Shown: in pieces, positions 31,346-44,072 of the stretch
Numbering within the stretch: position 1 is the stretch's first letter
How the letters are laid out: each line of letters opens with the position of its first letter
Virus record (IMG/VR): IMGVR_UViG_3300046464_000709
Span: 52,806 to 116,805 of that record
Origin: a virus
Reading direction: 5' to 3' (one strand)
Length of the DNA stretch: 64,000 nucleotides
Position numbers and translations under genes: made by a program
Notes under the pieces: generated by a model
Told to the model about the DNA's origin: nothing
Databases searched by the model: none
The model's input: the letters and a program-made list of their open reading frames with translations, nothing else

Positions 31346-32482
31346 TTAATTAAACTCAACTCTCCACATAGATCGAGGTAAATCTTCATCTTCAAAAATG
31401 TCATATCCAAGATCAATTACTATATCTTGTATTTCGCCACAAGTCAACTCTGAACCTTTCATTCTGCTTTGAATTTGTTTGAGCATTGGACATTCTCCAT
31501 CTTCATGCTTGTTTTCAATGTAATTTCTGATTGAAAGATAATCGTTGGGCATATCTTCTAATGGCTCATTGTAATCATCATCATCATAGTTTTCGGGAAG
31601 ATAAACTTTTGGTTCTCCATGTTCGTCAAGATCATAATTATCATCATCAGAGAAATCGCAATCACAATCTTCACAAGAATCTGATCCATAGATAGGCTTA
31701 TTAGCCTCGTAGATGGGCTTATCAATCTCTTTGCGAGTTTCAGTAATGTCAGACACTACCTTGTACTTTGAAACCCTAAGTTTCTGAAAATTGCAATCAG
31801 TAGGAACGCTAACTGCATCTGATGGATCAAATTCAACGACAAGTAATTTGCCGTCTGATCCCGCCCAATCGTTAGCGTAATCGTAACTACCCACATGAAG
31901 ACCAAAAGAACAATGATGATCCTTGTTATCGTCTACACATCTCCGAGCAACTTCAATCGTTGCACCAACTTCGTTGAGAATTTGATGTCTACCATTAGTC
32001 TCGCCTTGTAATACGATTGTATCTGCATTACCTGTTTGTGACCAATAATCTCCCGAAACTCCCTTATACCCCAACACTTTTCCTTCGGGAGTATTTGGTA
32101 GGGATTTATAACTCAAGAAAGAATACAATTCATTTACAGAATTTGCACTTGGATTGGATTGCAAACGAGTGATAAAGTTTACAAGAGGAGCAGAATCTTT
32201 CATTCCACTACGAAGCATTTCTAGCAACTTGTCAACGACAACTCCATGCAAACGATTGTTCTTGTAATAAACAACTTCGTCACGCACTTCAATATCTCCT
32301 TCGATAAAGTTTTCGACTGACTTTTTGATGTCAATGAGATCGCCAAGATCATCATATCTAGCATCAAACAATGCCTTGCGTACAAGTTGGAAATTTGGAT
32401 GGTCACTACGAAGAGTGTATGGCTTGCCGTCCCAAAAGATCGTTACTGAATTTTCGCTTAATGTATATGGTACTTTTTTCAT
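31346..32482 (-). CDS. rIIB: rIIB-like protein
   Basis: LVNFITRLQSNPS...ELYSFL, GYKGV, CSFGLHVG..DYA and P.D.VSVP.D....KLRV.KY motifs; follows the rIIA-like gene. Confidence 0.8.
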   Translation of the reverse strand: MKKVPYTLSENSVTIFWDGKPYTLRSDHPNFQLVRKALFDARYDDLGDLIDIKKSVENFIEGDIEVRDEVVYYKNNRLHGVVVDKLLEMLRSGMKDSAPLVNFITRLQSNPSANSVNELYSFLSYKSLPNTPEGKVLGYKGVSGDYWSQTGNADTIVLQGETNGRHQILNEVGATIEVARRCVDDNKDHHCSFGLHVGSYDYANDWAGSDGKLLVVEFDPSDAVSVPTDCNFQKLRVSKYKVVSDITETRKEIDKPIYEANKPIYGSDSCEDCDCDFSDDDNYDLDEHGEPKVYLPENYDDDDYNEPLEDMPNDYLSIRNYIENKHEDGECPMLKQIQSRMKGSELTCGEIQDIVIDLGYDIFEDEDLPRSMWRVEFN

Positions 32483-32518
32483 TATTCTAATATAATATAT
32501 TTTTGTTTGTTTGTCAAG

Positions 32519-34807
32519 TTAATTTTTATCACAGAGTAAAATATAATCTATAATATCTTTAAAAAGTTTTTCATCTGCTCTGTATGAATTTACACTATTT
32601 GATACATAATCGAGGAAGGAATACTTTTCTCTGATTGTATCTATATCTTTTGCGAATTGCTTCGCAGAGAATCCATTGTCAAGATTGAATTTGAGCCAAT
32701 CTTTATCGAACTTAGAAATGAATGCGATTGCAGAAGAACATTGAGGGCAAGCACCTTCATTGATAACGATCTGAAAGTTGCCTTTGATTTTTCGTATCAA
32801 ATTATCTTTTGGTAACTTGTTGAATTTAATTCTAGTTGAATTCATAATGTATGCAAGATTGTATCTGCAATCAGCAATAGATTTCTGAATGTCCGTATCA
32901 TCGTGATGAAGAGAGTCTACGCTAAACTTAATGTACGATTTTTTTGCTTCAGTTAAGTTTGAGAGTAAATAATCTTTAGAGTTTTGAAGAAGAAAATCTT
33001 CAAAAGAAATCCAAGAATCTGAATCTAATTTAGATACATCTCCACTACGAATTCCGAATAAGCGGAACTTTTTCGCATCTGATTTTTCATCTGATCTTCT
33101 ACGCACTCTACCGCATAAATCATATACCTTGCTGAGATTATAGTCATCGCTATCAATCTTGTAATTCTTGATTTTTACATATACAAGTTTACCATCAATA
33201 GCACCATCAGTATCATCTTGGATTTTGTCAATATCTTCTTTGACATTTTTCCAATAATCTATATTGCGGTAGCTAGGTCTATCTTGAACCATTTCAAATA
33301 ATGGAATGTTTGCACGACTACCATTAGATTTGCGTACTCCATTGTATTGAATTTTTTCTTTAACTACATTGGATGTAAAGCGAATATGTTTTTTGTCTAC
33401 AAGATCGAAATTCCATTCATCTTTGATGTAATCCTTTGCAGATTTAGTCAATGGATTAATGAAAAATATATTATTCAACTTTTCGTTTTCATTAAATATG
33501 GTTCTTGCACGAAGATTGTTGCCGTGTGAAGATTCTATATCTTGCATAAGAAAAATTGTCTCATCATCACAATGTATTCGAGTAACTTTATTCGAGCGAA
33601 CTTTAAATCCATTTCTTGCAGAAGAGTCGTTATCCCTAGTTGTTTGAGTAAGAATTAAATCATCATACATTTTATGATCTCGATGAAATGTTGCCGATTG
33701 AATCTTGATACCATTCCACTCGAAAGCGTTTTCAAAAATTTGCCTCATGTTATATGGCATAGAATTAACTATTCTTGCATAGTTACTTTTTGCCTCAAAA
33801 AGATCATTTGAATCTGCGAGTTTTTCTTTAGCTATTTCTTGCACTTCATCGCAAGCCTTCAACATTGCACCAATAATCTTTTGTTGGGTAGCTTTGTTGT
33901 ATTCCAATGACTCTCTGCTATGATGCAATTTGACTGCACCTAATGGTAGTCGCAAATAAAAATTTGTTTGACCAAGTAGGTTGTAGATAATATCTTTCTT
34001 TCTTGAACTCTCTACAAAATTATCAACTTGAACAGAGTTTTTATCTAGTGGATAGGCAACTCTTCCCATGATAATGTGAGCATTATAACTTCTTTGACTA
34101 TAATAAGAATCATTGCGTTCATCTTCCAAGAAAAACCAAGAACCATTCTTCGATTCAATAACCTTACTTCTATTTCTAATAAAAGTTCCATCGTCACCAA
34201 TAAACTTTGGCATTTCTTTATCAGAAAAGAACTCAAAAAAGTTTTTAATTATCTTGCGAAAATCATCTACATCTGATTCTGCAACTGCAACCTCAATACA
34301 AAGACCACTTGGCTCATTGCTTGGTTCGGGTTCTTGTAACTCTACAATTTTTGTGTCATCATCGTCATTAACAAAGACATTGTATGAACTCTTGAGTCCA
34401 CCATTATAGGAAACGCAAGTAAAGTTGTCTCCATAAGAAAGAGGAGCAAATTTACCAATGCCAAATGCACCAATATAATTGTTCGATTGTCTCTTGGTAC
34501 TCTTGCCATACTTAGAATATAAGCCGAATACATCTTCTTTGCTTAGTCCACCGCCAAAGTCACGAACTCTGAAAGTAGGACTTAGCTTGCTAGGGATTGA
34601 GATTTCAATCGGTCGAGTTTCGTTTGCTTCGACATTCGCATCTAGTGCGTTGGCACTAATCTCACGAACGACTGCAAGTCGAGTGTTAGAGTAATTGTTT
34701 CGCAAGAGCGAAGCAACATAACGCATATCTTCCGCATCAATCGTGCAATTTACTGATTCAAAATCGTGCGATTGCACAATGGTTTTTTTATCTTTTTCAA
34801 TTATCAT
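32519..34807 (-). CDS. rIIA: rIIA-like protein (N-terminal GHKL/HATPase domain)
   Basis: AVVREISANALDA, VRDFGGGL, YGKSTK...IGAFGIGKFAPLSY and SRESLEY. Confidence 0.85.
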   Translation of the reverse strand: MIIEKDKKTIVQSHDFESVNCTIDAEDMRYVASLLRNNYSNTRLAVVREISANALDANVEANETRPIEISIPSKLSPTFRVRDFGGGLSKEDVFGLYSKYGKSTKRQSNNYIGAFGIGKFAPLSYGDNFTCVSYNGGLKSSYNVFVNDDDDTKIVELQEPEPSNEPSGLCIEVAVAESDVDDFRKIIKNFFEFFSDKEMPKFIGDDGTFIRNRSKVIESKNGSWFFLEDERNDSYYSQRSYNAHIIMGRVAYPLDKNSVQVDNFVESSRKKDIIYNLLGQTNFYLRLPLGAVKLHHSRESLEYNKATQQKIIGAMLKACDEVQEIAKEKLADSNDLFEAKSNYARIVNSMPYNMRQIFENAFEWNGIKIQSATFHRDHKMYDDLILTQTTRDNDSSARNGFKVRSNKVTRIHCDDETIFLMQDIESSHGNNLRARTIFNENEKLNNIFFINPLTKSAKDYIKDEWNFDLVDKKHIRFTSNVVKEKIQYNGVRKSNGSRANIPLFEMVQDRPSYRNIDYWKNVKEDIDKIQDDTDGAIDGKLVYVKIKNYKIDSDDYNLSKVYDLCGRVRRRSDEKSDAKKFRLFGIRSGDVSKLDSDSWISFEDFLLQNSKDYLLSNLTEAKKSYIKFSVDSLHHDDTDIQKSIADCRYNLAYIMNSTRIKFNKLPKDNLIRKIKGNFQIVINEGACPQCSSAIAFISKFDKDWLKFNLDNGFSAKQFAKDIDTIREKYSFLDYVSNSVNSYRADEKLFKDIIDYILLCDKN

Positions 34808-34879
34808 TTTTATTCAATTAGTTTTGTTTTAAGTAAGACTCTATTATAATATAGGTTTTAAAGTTTGTCAAGAAAAAAG

Positions 34880-37800
34880 TTATTGCCGTCTTCCGTTGCC
34901 ATCTAAGACATTACGCAAACAACTTGATTGACCCTTTCTTGAGGAAACCGATTTAGCTTGGTTGAAGCTATCTGCACTAGCGTACTGCACTAAAATTGGA
35001 GTGCTTTTATCTAAATATACCATCATACCCTTGCGAGGTTGCGAGGCTAACTCTTTTTCATGCTTCTTGATTGAAGCGTTCATGTCTGCAATAAAATCTA
35101 TCATTCCTAAAGTATGGCACAAAAACAAAATTGTGTCAAGTCTTTTTTGAAAAAATTTGTAAGTTATTGTTCTTGAGTTATTTGAGTAAGAATATCACTC
35201 TCATCAGCCCATCTATGTGTCGATGCGTATGGAGAGAAAGTTTTTCTTTCGAGGCTCACCAATTCTATTTCCCAATGTTTGTGATCCATCATTTCGAGTT
35301 GGTACTCAACTGCTTTTTCAGCGTTTTCTGCGAGATAATAATGATAATTATGACCTTGCGAATTTCTGCTAATATATTTTATTCTGTACTCAAATAATTT
35401 TTGTTCTTTATTTGAGTTATTTTTTTTCATTTTATTTTAAATCTTCTAAATCTAGTTCTTCTACTTCTTCAACTGCTTTATTTAATTCTTTTCTTTCTTC
35501 AGTTATCTTTTCTCTACTGAATCCCCAAAATGTTATTTCCCATAATACATGAGCAACAATAGTAGTTTGATTAAATTTTTTAGGAGCAACAACTTCGCAG
35601 TCGATTATCTCGCCCCAATCCATAAAATCTAAAGCATAGTGTTCGTCTTGCTTATCATCAAAAAAGCATACATCTATTATTTGCTCTCCTTCATCCTCTA
35701 TTTCATTTAAAGAAACTAAATTTTTTGTTTTATTCTGTTGTTCAATATTCTTTAATTCTCTGAATGCTTTTTCAAATTTTATTGATAGATCAACAATTCT
35801 GTCTTGAGGGTGATCTTTTAAGAAAGTTTTATATATAACATTAAAAATATTTTTATATGATTTTCTGTACAATAATTCTCTTAATGTCATATATTTATAT
35901 ACACCTTATTTGCTATTATAGATTTTCGTCAGTCCAATATATATTGGAGAATAATACAAGATCAACGACATTTTCATTTTCTATTTCTATTCCGACTGCA
36001 TCTCCTTCGGGCACAACTTCATCTGAACCTTCGTAGAAAAATTCTTCTGCATCAGACGCACAAGTTACTTGCCAATTATTCATATTTTTTATTTGTTTAT
36101 TATTCATTTAAAATTCATCATGGAAATTGTCTAAATCTAAAAATTTAAAAAGCCAATCACTAAATTCTTGTAAATCATATAAAAATCTTTTTGTGTTATT
36201 ATTTGCTACCCAAAACATTTGTTGTTGCAATAACATTCCATGTCTTTCTGATATTTCTTCTAATTTAGAAACAGGTAAATCTTCGGTGCAAGTTTCATAC
36301 ATTAAGTTGATGGCTTCCATTTTTCTATCAATTTCTTCTTCATAATTTTCTTGCATATTTATTCTCCTATGGTGGATAATTCTATCATTTCTGAAATATG
36401 CTTTTGTAGTTCGAGTTCTATTTTATTTGCTAGAATTTCTCTAGCACTTTCGCTTTTTATATTTATTTGTGAGTCTTGCAACTCCTCTAAAACTTTAAGG
36501 ATTATTTCTTTCATATTCATCTATTATAGCATATCTATTATTATTTGTCAAGAATATTTTTAGCCTTCGTAATCGTCAAATTCTTTTGATTCGGGATCAA
36601 AGATCGGGAAGAGGTAACTTATTTGTGTACCATCGCTTTCTTCTTCCATTACCGCTTCGTACCTTATTTCTCCATTCGCTTCATGCCATAGTCCACCTAC
36701 CATAATTCCGTTTTTAAAAACAGATGAATATGTATGATCCATGTGGAATCTGACATATCTTTTACTCCTCTCTCCTACATCCATTTGACTCTTTCAAGCA
36801 TAAAGCTAGTGATTCTAAATCGAACCGAGATTGGGTAAGAGTATGAAAGCAATGTCTGTTATCCATCTGATTCCATATTTGCTCGCATAAAGAAATTTTT
36901 TCAATTAGAGGTAAATTCGTCATTGTTTCAACAATTTTCTTCCAAAACTTATAGGAAATTCTTTTATGTATTTGTTTGTCTTTGTGGAAAGTTGTTATTT
37001 TATTTGAATCAATTAAATCTTCAAAATCTAAAATTTTAAAAGATGTGAGTTTTTTATTTATGCATACTTCTCTCATCTACCCTTATTTGCTATTGTTCCA
37101 TTTTTAATTAACTGCTCGAATACATTCCACATTTTTTGATAGCGAGTGTCGTGCATTTGTTTCATGCCAATCAACATATTTAATAGTTGGTCTTCTGTAT
37201 GTTTGATCGGAGAGTCTCCAATCGCATATATAATTGTTTCTATGTCTTCGCCTATTTGGTGAAGATTGCTCATTGCGTCTTCTAATTCAAATCTGTTCAT
37301 GCAAATACAATACAATATTTTTAAAACTTTGTCAAGCCTAATCTTCTGTTGACTTTATTATTTTTGAAATTGATGCAGTATATAGCCTTTTTCTCTCAAG
37401 TAATTGCTTGTATTTTTTCTTGGCTTTATCTAAAGAGTTAAATATTTGCCACTCGTTTATATGCAAGGGGCTTTGTTTGATAGTTGAAGACCATGTAACA
37501 ACATACTTTTGAGTATCTGATGTCATTCAATTTGATCTTTAGTAAGCCTATGTAGAGTTTCTAGTCTATCTTCTGCGTCAGCAAGCAAAGATAGAGCCTC
37601 TTCTGCATTTTTATAAAAGTCTTCGGTGGAATGATCCCCAATTCCGACTGCGTTATTTCCTAGCAAATCAAGACTCAATTTGGCTTTTGCTATATCTGCT
37701 TTTGCGGATGTTTTTAACATTTGATATAAATTATTATTCATTTTCATTCGTAAATAGTAACATAAAACTTGCCCAAATGCAATAACAAAGTACGCCAATC

Positions 37801-39513
37801 GCCAAAAAAGCTCCTTTAATCCAATCTAAAAATTTATTCATTTAAATAAGGTTTTACATCTTTGTTTAGAAGAATTTTCTTGTCTTCGTAATCGGAAATT
37901 AGTCTTCTATATAGTTCCATTTTTGCACATTCTAATGCCCCGATAATGTCATTATATGTTTGATAGCTTTCTTTATTTTGAGATATATATCTCGAAACTA
38001 TTTGGTGAATTGTATAATTCAATCCTCCCGAATCTTTAATTTCAGATAAATTTAGGGCAATTAAGCCTCTGTCTATCTCTTCTTTTTGTGATGTTGGTAT
38101 ATACGGCATGAAGACATTATATTTGATTTGCTTGAAAATGTCAAGTGTTATTTTTCTTGTTGTTTATAAATACTATATTTGTGTGTTTTTGATAATGCAT
38201 TTTTAAAGTATGTAAAAAATTCTGCTTCTCTAGCATGAATATTGTAACCATCGTTATCGAATATTCTATATAGTGATGTTTTAAATCTCATAGGTAAATA
38301 TAAATTTTCTTTCATGCATTTCTTGATGAATAAAACTGCATGATCTAATACTTTTCGGGATATTTTATTTGCTTTAAATTTGTTTTTAATAAATTCTAAA
38401 TACTCTTGTTTTTCTTTGTTTCTTGCCTTTGCTATATATTTATCATACGCAGATTCTCTGCTTGCAATATCTCGTCCGACATCTTGTTCTGTTGTGAATT
38501 TTTTAGAAGTTTTTTTTTCGCTTATTTTATTTCGACATTCTATATTTGATTTATACATTTCCTTTTGTCGCTTTAATTCGAGATCGTTATCTTGCATTTT
38601 AAGTATGGCTTTGTTTTCAGTCATTTTTCCATCAAGAACCTCTCTAACGCAAATTTGCACTATACTCGTTGTGACTCTGTAAGGATAATTTCTGCAAATG
38701 AATTTATAAAACTTACCACTTATTTTGCCGTGCTTTAATTTTTTATGCAAGTATCTTCTGTAGTTGCAATTTTTTGTATTGTGCAATGTTTTCATGTACA
38801 TATTTTAGCTTTTTATCGACATATATTTAAAATGTGTCGATTTTGTAAGCATATTATTTTTGTTTATTTGCGTTTGTTATTAACATTTCTCTTTTTTTCG
38901 GTCTTAATTTACAAAACTCTAAAAAGGTCATTTTTTTATCAAAATTAAATTTTTTCCATTGCTCATGTAGCTTAACTCTTTTTGGGATGAACTTTCTCTG
39001 ATTTTTTCTGACTTGCTTTGAGAACTCTATTGATATTTCATTATCGAATCCGCCCATCATTTATTTTTGTTTATTTGTTTTTTTATCTCCCCAAAAGCCA
39101 CAAACACATGGCTTATTATTTTTTTGATTTGCTCCTTCTTGAAAGCCTTTTTCGTATGATTGATTTGCGTTTTTACTTAATATTTTTTCAAATTTTTTAG
39201 ATAATATTTCTTGTGCATCTGCGAAGCCTTTATCGTATCCTTTTTGGAAGTATATATCTTCTGTCATTTGCTCAATCATTTTGCTTTTCTATTATACTAA
39301 ATATTATTTGATTTGTCAAGGATTTTATTTATCTTCGTGCAACTTTCTTTTATTTATTGTCATTTTCCAAACCTTGTGATCTGTATCTAGCTCCATGCTC
39401 CAATACATTATTTTACTATAGACAGGATATAAGAAAGCAAATAAATCACAACGCAATAAAAAACTTAATGCGTGACCGCAATAATATAAAAAATTACTTG
39501 CAATTAACTTCAT
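34880..39513 (-). other. Series of small hypothetical ORFs (incl. 35164-35430, 35432-35890, 37834-38109, 38148-38801)
   Basis: Co-oriented, tightly packed ORFs; no recognisable domains. Confidence 0.6.
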
Positions 39514-39784
39514 CTATTTTAGCTTGCACTGCTTCTTCGCAGAGTTCATTAAATGTTATATTTTTTTCGTGTGCGAATTTCATGTATTTGAGCAATTCTT
39601 CTTCATCGAATTCTAGTTCTACATTTTCGTATTTTACTTTTTTAATAATAAATGCTTCGTCTTGAGGAATGAATTTTAAATCATCCCCTTCTTCCCAACC
39701 CAAACGATTCAAAACATCATCGGGGAGGCGGAAATATAATTCACCATTGAAACTTTCTTTAATTTCTAATTCTGATATTTTCAT
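39494..39784 (-). CDS. AbrB/MazE/SpoVT-like DNA-binding protein
   Basis: ELYFRLPDDVLNRLGWEEGDDLKF. Confidence 0.7.
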   Translation of the reverse strand: MKISELEIKESFNGELYFRLPDDVLNRLGWEEGDDLKFIPQDEAFIIKKVKYENVELEFDEEELLKYMKFAHEKNITFNELCEEAVQAKIDEVNCK

Positions 39785-39981
39785 TTATATGTCTTTTCTG
39801 CTCTTGATTGATGCAATGATACATTTAGCTCCATGCTCGTTTGAGGTCATTAAAGCTTCTCCGTTGGACATCATTATTTTGTACATTAATTTTCCAGAAT
39901 GAATTCTTTCTTTTACATAAATTACTTGCTTAGGGTTTATGTAATATTTTTCGTTATTTGCGTCTTCTATTGTTATCATTT

Positions 39982-40353
39982 TTAGTTGAACATATCGTCC
40001 ACTTGATTGTAAAGATCGTCTTGAAATTTTTGCACTTTATCTTGATGTTTTGCTTCATCCCAACCTTTTGCATAACCTTCGTTATATTTTTTCATAAAAT
40101 CTTCTTCTTGTGCAAGATACATTGGATGGTCGGGGTCAGTATAATTATATTTTGTGTGACCTTGTCGATTTTCATCTATTTCTTCTTGTGTGAACCATTT
40201 ATATTCTGTATTGAATAATTCATCAACATTACTTGGATGGTATCCCATACCGACAAGTAAGCCCTTGAACATATCTCCAACGCTTTCTAAGTCTGCATCG
40301 TTATCATATTCAACGCTATAAGTTTTATCGTAATTTGTAATTGTTATTTTCAT
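39982..40353 (-). CDS. Hypothetical protein
   Basis: 123-aa ORF in the series. Confidence 0.6.
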   Translation of the reverse strand: MKITITNYDKTYSVEYDNDADLESVGDMFKGLLVGMGYHPSNVDELFNTEYKWFTQEEIDENRQGHTKYNYTDPDHPMYLAQEEDFMKKYNEGYAKGWDEAKHQDKVQKFQDDLYNQVDDMFN

Positions 40354-40534
40354 TATTTATTTCCAATTTTTTTCTAGTATATATTTCTTTGCAACTCTAT
40401 TCATTTTAAATGCTTTATTTTTTTCTTGTGCTTCATATTTTGATAACATTGCACTGCTTAGTTTTGCGTAGGATGCTCGTGCGGTTGTATCAATTAATAT
40501 GTATTTGTATAATTTTGGATTGTTTTCTATCATT

Positions 40535-40855
40535 TTAGTATTTTAATTTTACTCCGCCTTGTATGTAATTTTGTTCTTGTTTTATCCAATTTGGTAAATC
40601 TAATCTTTTTACTCTTGCATACTCTCTAAGAAAAAACATGAATGCTTGTTCGTCATCGTTTATTTGAGCTATTCTTATTTCTTCGAGGTATATTTTTTCT
40701 TCATATTTGTAGGATGCATCTAGTGCAAGAAGGTCATCTATTTCTTGTTGCATTTCTGCTGAACGAGAAACTTTTGTGTCTTCGGGTTTAAGTATAGCAG
40801 AATGATTGCATCCTGTCAACACCGAAATTAAAAATAAATTAATAATCGTTTTCAT
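40535..40855 (-). CDS. Putative lipoprotein
   Basis: Hydrophobic N-terminus ending in a LTGC lipobox. Confidence 0.5.
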   Translation of the reverse strand: MKTIINLFLISVLTGCNHSAILKPEDTKVSRSAEMQQEIDDLLALDASYKYEEKIYLEEIRIAQINDDEQAFMFFLREYARVKRLDLPNWIKQEQNYIQGGVKLKY

Positions 40856-41199
40856 TTTTTAAACTTATTGTCAATCCAAACCTTGTAGGTATAAAGAGCC
40901 ATCAACATAAAAGTCAACATCAAGCCGTCTCCCCAAGATAAATTCCACAACTCTATTATTTGATCCATGAAACTATTTTATCACTTGTCTTTTATTTTGT
41001 CAAGCGTTTTTTTGATTTTGCTCCATTTTATTTTGGAGTAATTGTCTTGAAATTGTTTTGATGTATTATTTCGTGGCGAGTCGCCTTTGCCATTTTGATT
41101 ATTTGATGATTTGCCTTTTGTCATTTTACATAAAATATATAAACATAATTATTATACCTACAACAATACCCAATTCAATAAAGAATGTTAGTCTGCTCT

Positions 41200-42219
41200 T
41201 CATCCATATAACGCTTTTTGCAGTAAGCGAATAGCTTTGTCTTTACCTTTAACTTCGCATTCCCACTTTACGGGTCTATCTACATCTATCGCAATATGAG
41301 GGGGGGTATTTCCAAGAGCGAAATAATCTGCGTGTGCTCTTGGTTTTTCGGGCTTACCTTCAGACCAATGAAATACAGGAGCAAAATAATCTGCCACTGC
41401 CTCGCATTCATCGCTATGCGGTTTATCTGTATTTACCCATGTGTAAGCACATCTCTCTGCTTGAAGTGTAATATTGCGTTCTTTTGATGGATTGCAAAAA
41501 TCATGCAAATTGTCATAGCAGACAGGTATTTGCGCTCCGAATGTATCGTATAAGTGGTCGCTAAATTTAATGCAATTATCTACATTAAAGAAGCCTTTGT
41601 CTTCGTTTTCTATAGTTATTCGTTTGTAAACTCCTTTATCGCACATAGAAAGATTGCGGAAGAATCTGGTAGCAACGATCTCTAATGTTTCATCTGCTTG
41701 TGGAGTATAATTAATGTGAATATTCATTGGAGCATTATGATCTTGAGGTAAGCCTAATTGGTCAAGAACGCTTGCTTGAAAATTTAATTCATTTATCGTT
41801 CGCTTTACTGCATCTTTATTATTTGACGCAAGAACATTAAATTGATCGGGGTGAGAGCCGATAGAAATCCTCAATGTTTGAGCGATTAATCCTGCTTGCC
41901 TTAATTCTTGTTTGATCGTGGCGTAATTCGGAAGGTCTTCAAGAGATATTTCCAAAGTTTGATCGGTAAGGAGAGGAAAAAGAGAAGAGCTAAGACGATA
42001 ATGCCTAATATTTGTGGCACTACAATGATTGATAATATATTGAGTAACAATAACATTGTGCAAAATTCTTTCAGAGAGTTGATTAAGGGCTTCATTTCTA
42101 CTTTCTGAGTTACACAAATCATTGAATCTCTTGCGAGTCATTGTGCGAAATGAGTATTTCTTTTTGTCTTTATCTTTTAGTTCTTCGCTGATGCAAGTTA
42201 GTCCTAGTGTTGTTGTCAT
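41200..42219 (-). CDS. uvsE: UV-damage endonuclease
   Basis: LGLTCI, YRLSSSLFP, HPDQFNVL, NIH, TIENED, YDNLH, FHWSE, AHADY and ECEVKGKD. Confidence 0.92.
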   Translation of the reverse strand: MTTTLGLTCISEELKDKDKKKYSFRTMTRKRFNDLCNSESRNEALNQLSERILHNVIVTQYIINHCSATNIRHYRLSSSLFPLLTDQTLEISLEDLPNYATIKQELRQAGLIAQTLRISIGSHPDQFNVLASNNKDAVKRTINELNFQASVLDQLGLPQDHNAPMNIHINYTPQADETLEIVATRFFRNLSMCDKGVYKRITIENEDKGFFNVDNCIKFSDHLYDTFGAQIPVCYDNLHDFCNPSKERNITLQAERCAYTWVNTDKPHSDECEAVADYFAPVFHWSEGKPEKPRAHADYFALGNTPPHIAIDVDRPVKWECEVKGKDKAIRLLQKALYG

Positions 42220-42500
42220 GCTCTAATTGTACCACATATTTACGATCCTGTCAAGATATTTGAGTGTAATAATGTATAACACAATAAAAATTATTATGCA
42301 AACACTCGTTGATCTGTGGAACTTATTTCTTATCGCTTATGTGGTATTCGCATTGGGTATGATATTTTTACCCCGAAAATAGTTAATATCCTCTAAAATA
42401 TTTTATAATAGGCTCAATTAAAAGGTAATACCAAAAAGCGAAGGTCATTAAAGTAAAATCAAATAATTTTCTTAAAATTTTCTTCACTCATATATTTACA

Positions 42501-43352
42501 CTATTGTTTGTATTTTGATAGTGCTTCTTCTAGTGCTTCTATTGCTGTTCTTGTTTTAATATATTGTTCGATTTTTGTTGTATCAAGAACGCAATTTGAT
42601 CGTGGAGCAATTGTTTCTTTGCCGAAAGATTCTAAATCATCAAAAAACTTAAAATCTTTATTTGACAAATTATGTTTTTTAATTAACTCTACAACATCTT
42701 TTGTTGTGACGCCACCTTTATTTGTAACATTATAAATTCCATGCGGTACTTCTTGGTTAATTAACTGCATTACATATTTAGCAAAATCTGCACGATGAGA
42801 TAAAGAATTTTCTGCATCTAGCAAAGTGTCATAAGATAATAATTTAGTCAAGTAATTTCTTGGAGATTCACATTCATCGAAAGGAATACGCAATCTGAAC
42901 ACATAACTATTTGGATTATTTTGAAGCACAACTTTCTCTGCAAGAGCTTTTGTTCCGCTATAAAAACTACCATTTTGGAAATCAAAATTGGGAGTATCTT
43001 TTTCAGTAAAATGTTTTTCGTATCCACCATAAATACAACCCGAAGATATTTGCGTGAATTGATATTTCTTTTCGCAACATAATTGAGCAAGCATTAAAGG
43101 TAGCAAAACATTACCTTCGATGCAATCTGCTTTCTCCAATTCACAAGCATCAACATTTGGTTTGCCGATATATCCTGCACAATTAATTATATGCAAGTCA
43201 TCGCCCAAAATATAAAGGTTGTATTTGAGTTCTGCAAGATTTGTATAATCTACCTCGCTTCTGCTCCATGCAACATGGGGTAAATCGCGTGACTTTAATT
43301 CTTTAATTATAGCTTCTGCTATGTATCCGTTTTTTCCTAATATAATGTACAT
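42501..43352 (-). CDS. NAD-dependent sugar-nucleotide reductase/epimerase (RmlD-like)
   Basis: ILGKNGYI, INCAGYIGKPNVDACE, ISSGCIY, FYSGTK and PRSNCVLD. Confidence 0.85.
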   Translation of the reverse strand: MYIILGKNGYIAEAIIKELKSRDLPHVAWSRSEVDYTNLAELKYNLYILGDDLHIINCAGYIGKPNVDACELEKADCIEGNVLLPLMLAQLCCEKKYQFTQISSGCIYGGYEKHFTEKDTPNFDFQNGSFYSGTKALAEKVVLQNNPNSYVFRLRIPFDECESPRNYLTKLLSYDTLLDAENSLSHRADFAKYVMQLINQEVPHGIYNVTNKGGVTTKDVVELIKKHNLSNKDFKFFDDLESFGKETIAPRSNCVLDTTKIEQYIKTRTAIEALEEALSKYKQ

Positions 43353-43373
43353 GTTATTTTTAATAAATTTACC

Positions 43374-43901
43374 CTAAAGTTCAATCCAATTTTCAAAATC
43401 AGCCAACTCTTGCGTTGATTGTTCACATTTTGGGATAGCTTGATTTACAATCATATTTGTCAAGTCTTCGTCTGCTATTAATTTATCTTTAAATGTATCA
43501 AAAAATAATTCGAATGCGTCGATTCTGTTTTGTGAAAATTTAAATTCTTTACCTTTTGTTACTCTGCCCTTTTTTAGCCAAAGCAAGGGGTGCTTGTTGC
43601 TTTTGTTCGCATTGCAAGTTTTACATGATGGTATTATATTTCCTTCATGCTCTAATCCAAACATTGGCGGATCAAACAATCTTCCATTCGTGGGCATAAA
43701 ATGATCCATGTCTCTCATTTGCTCAACTCCACAATACCAGCATTTTCCTTCCACTATTATATCTTTAAATATTTTTTGTTTTTTAATTTCGTCTTCTTCT
43801 GTCCATATTGCAGATTGAAAATAAGCTAATAAATCTTTTATCAAGCCATTTAAAATGCTGTGTCCGCGAAAAAGAGTGTTTGCGTTATACCTCTTGACCA
43901 T
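43374..43901 (-). CDS. HNH endonuclease
   Basis: CWYCG...DHFMP...NIIPSCKTCNANK. Confidence 0.85.
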   Translation of the reverse strand: MVKRYNANTLFRGHSILNGLIKDLLAYFQSAIWTEEDEIKKQKIFKDIIVEGKCWYCGVEQMRDMDHFMPTNGRLFDPPMFGLEHEGNIIPSCKTCNANKSNKHPLLWLKKGRVTKGKEFKFSQNRIDAFELFFDTFKDKLIADEDLTNMIVNQAIPKCEQSTQELADFENWIEL

Positions 43902-44072
43902 TTTGTTTTTTACATTTTTTAGAATATGTACCCATTGCACAAAAGAATGCCCAAAATAAATACAAAAAAGATAATGTATTATTTACTTTTAAAAATTGTA
44001 TACATACTACGATATTTATGAACATGCACACAATACATAATTTACCCAACAAGTTGCAATGTCTCCAAGGTC

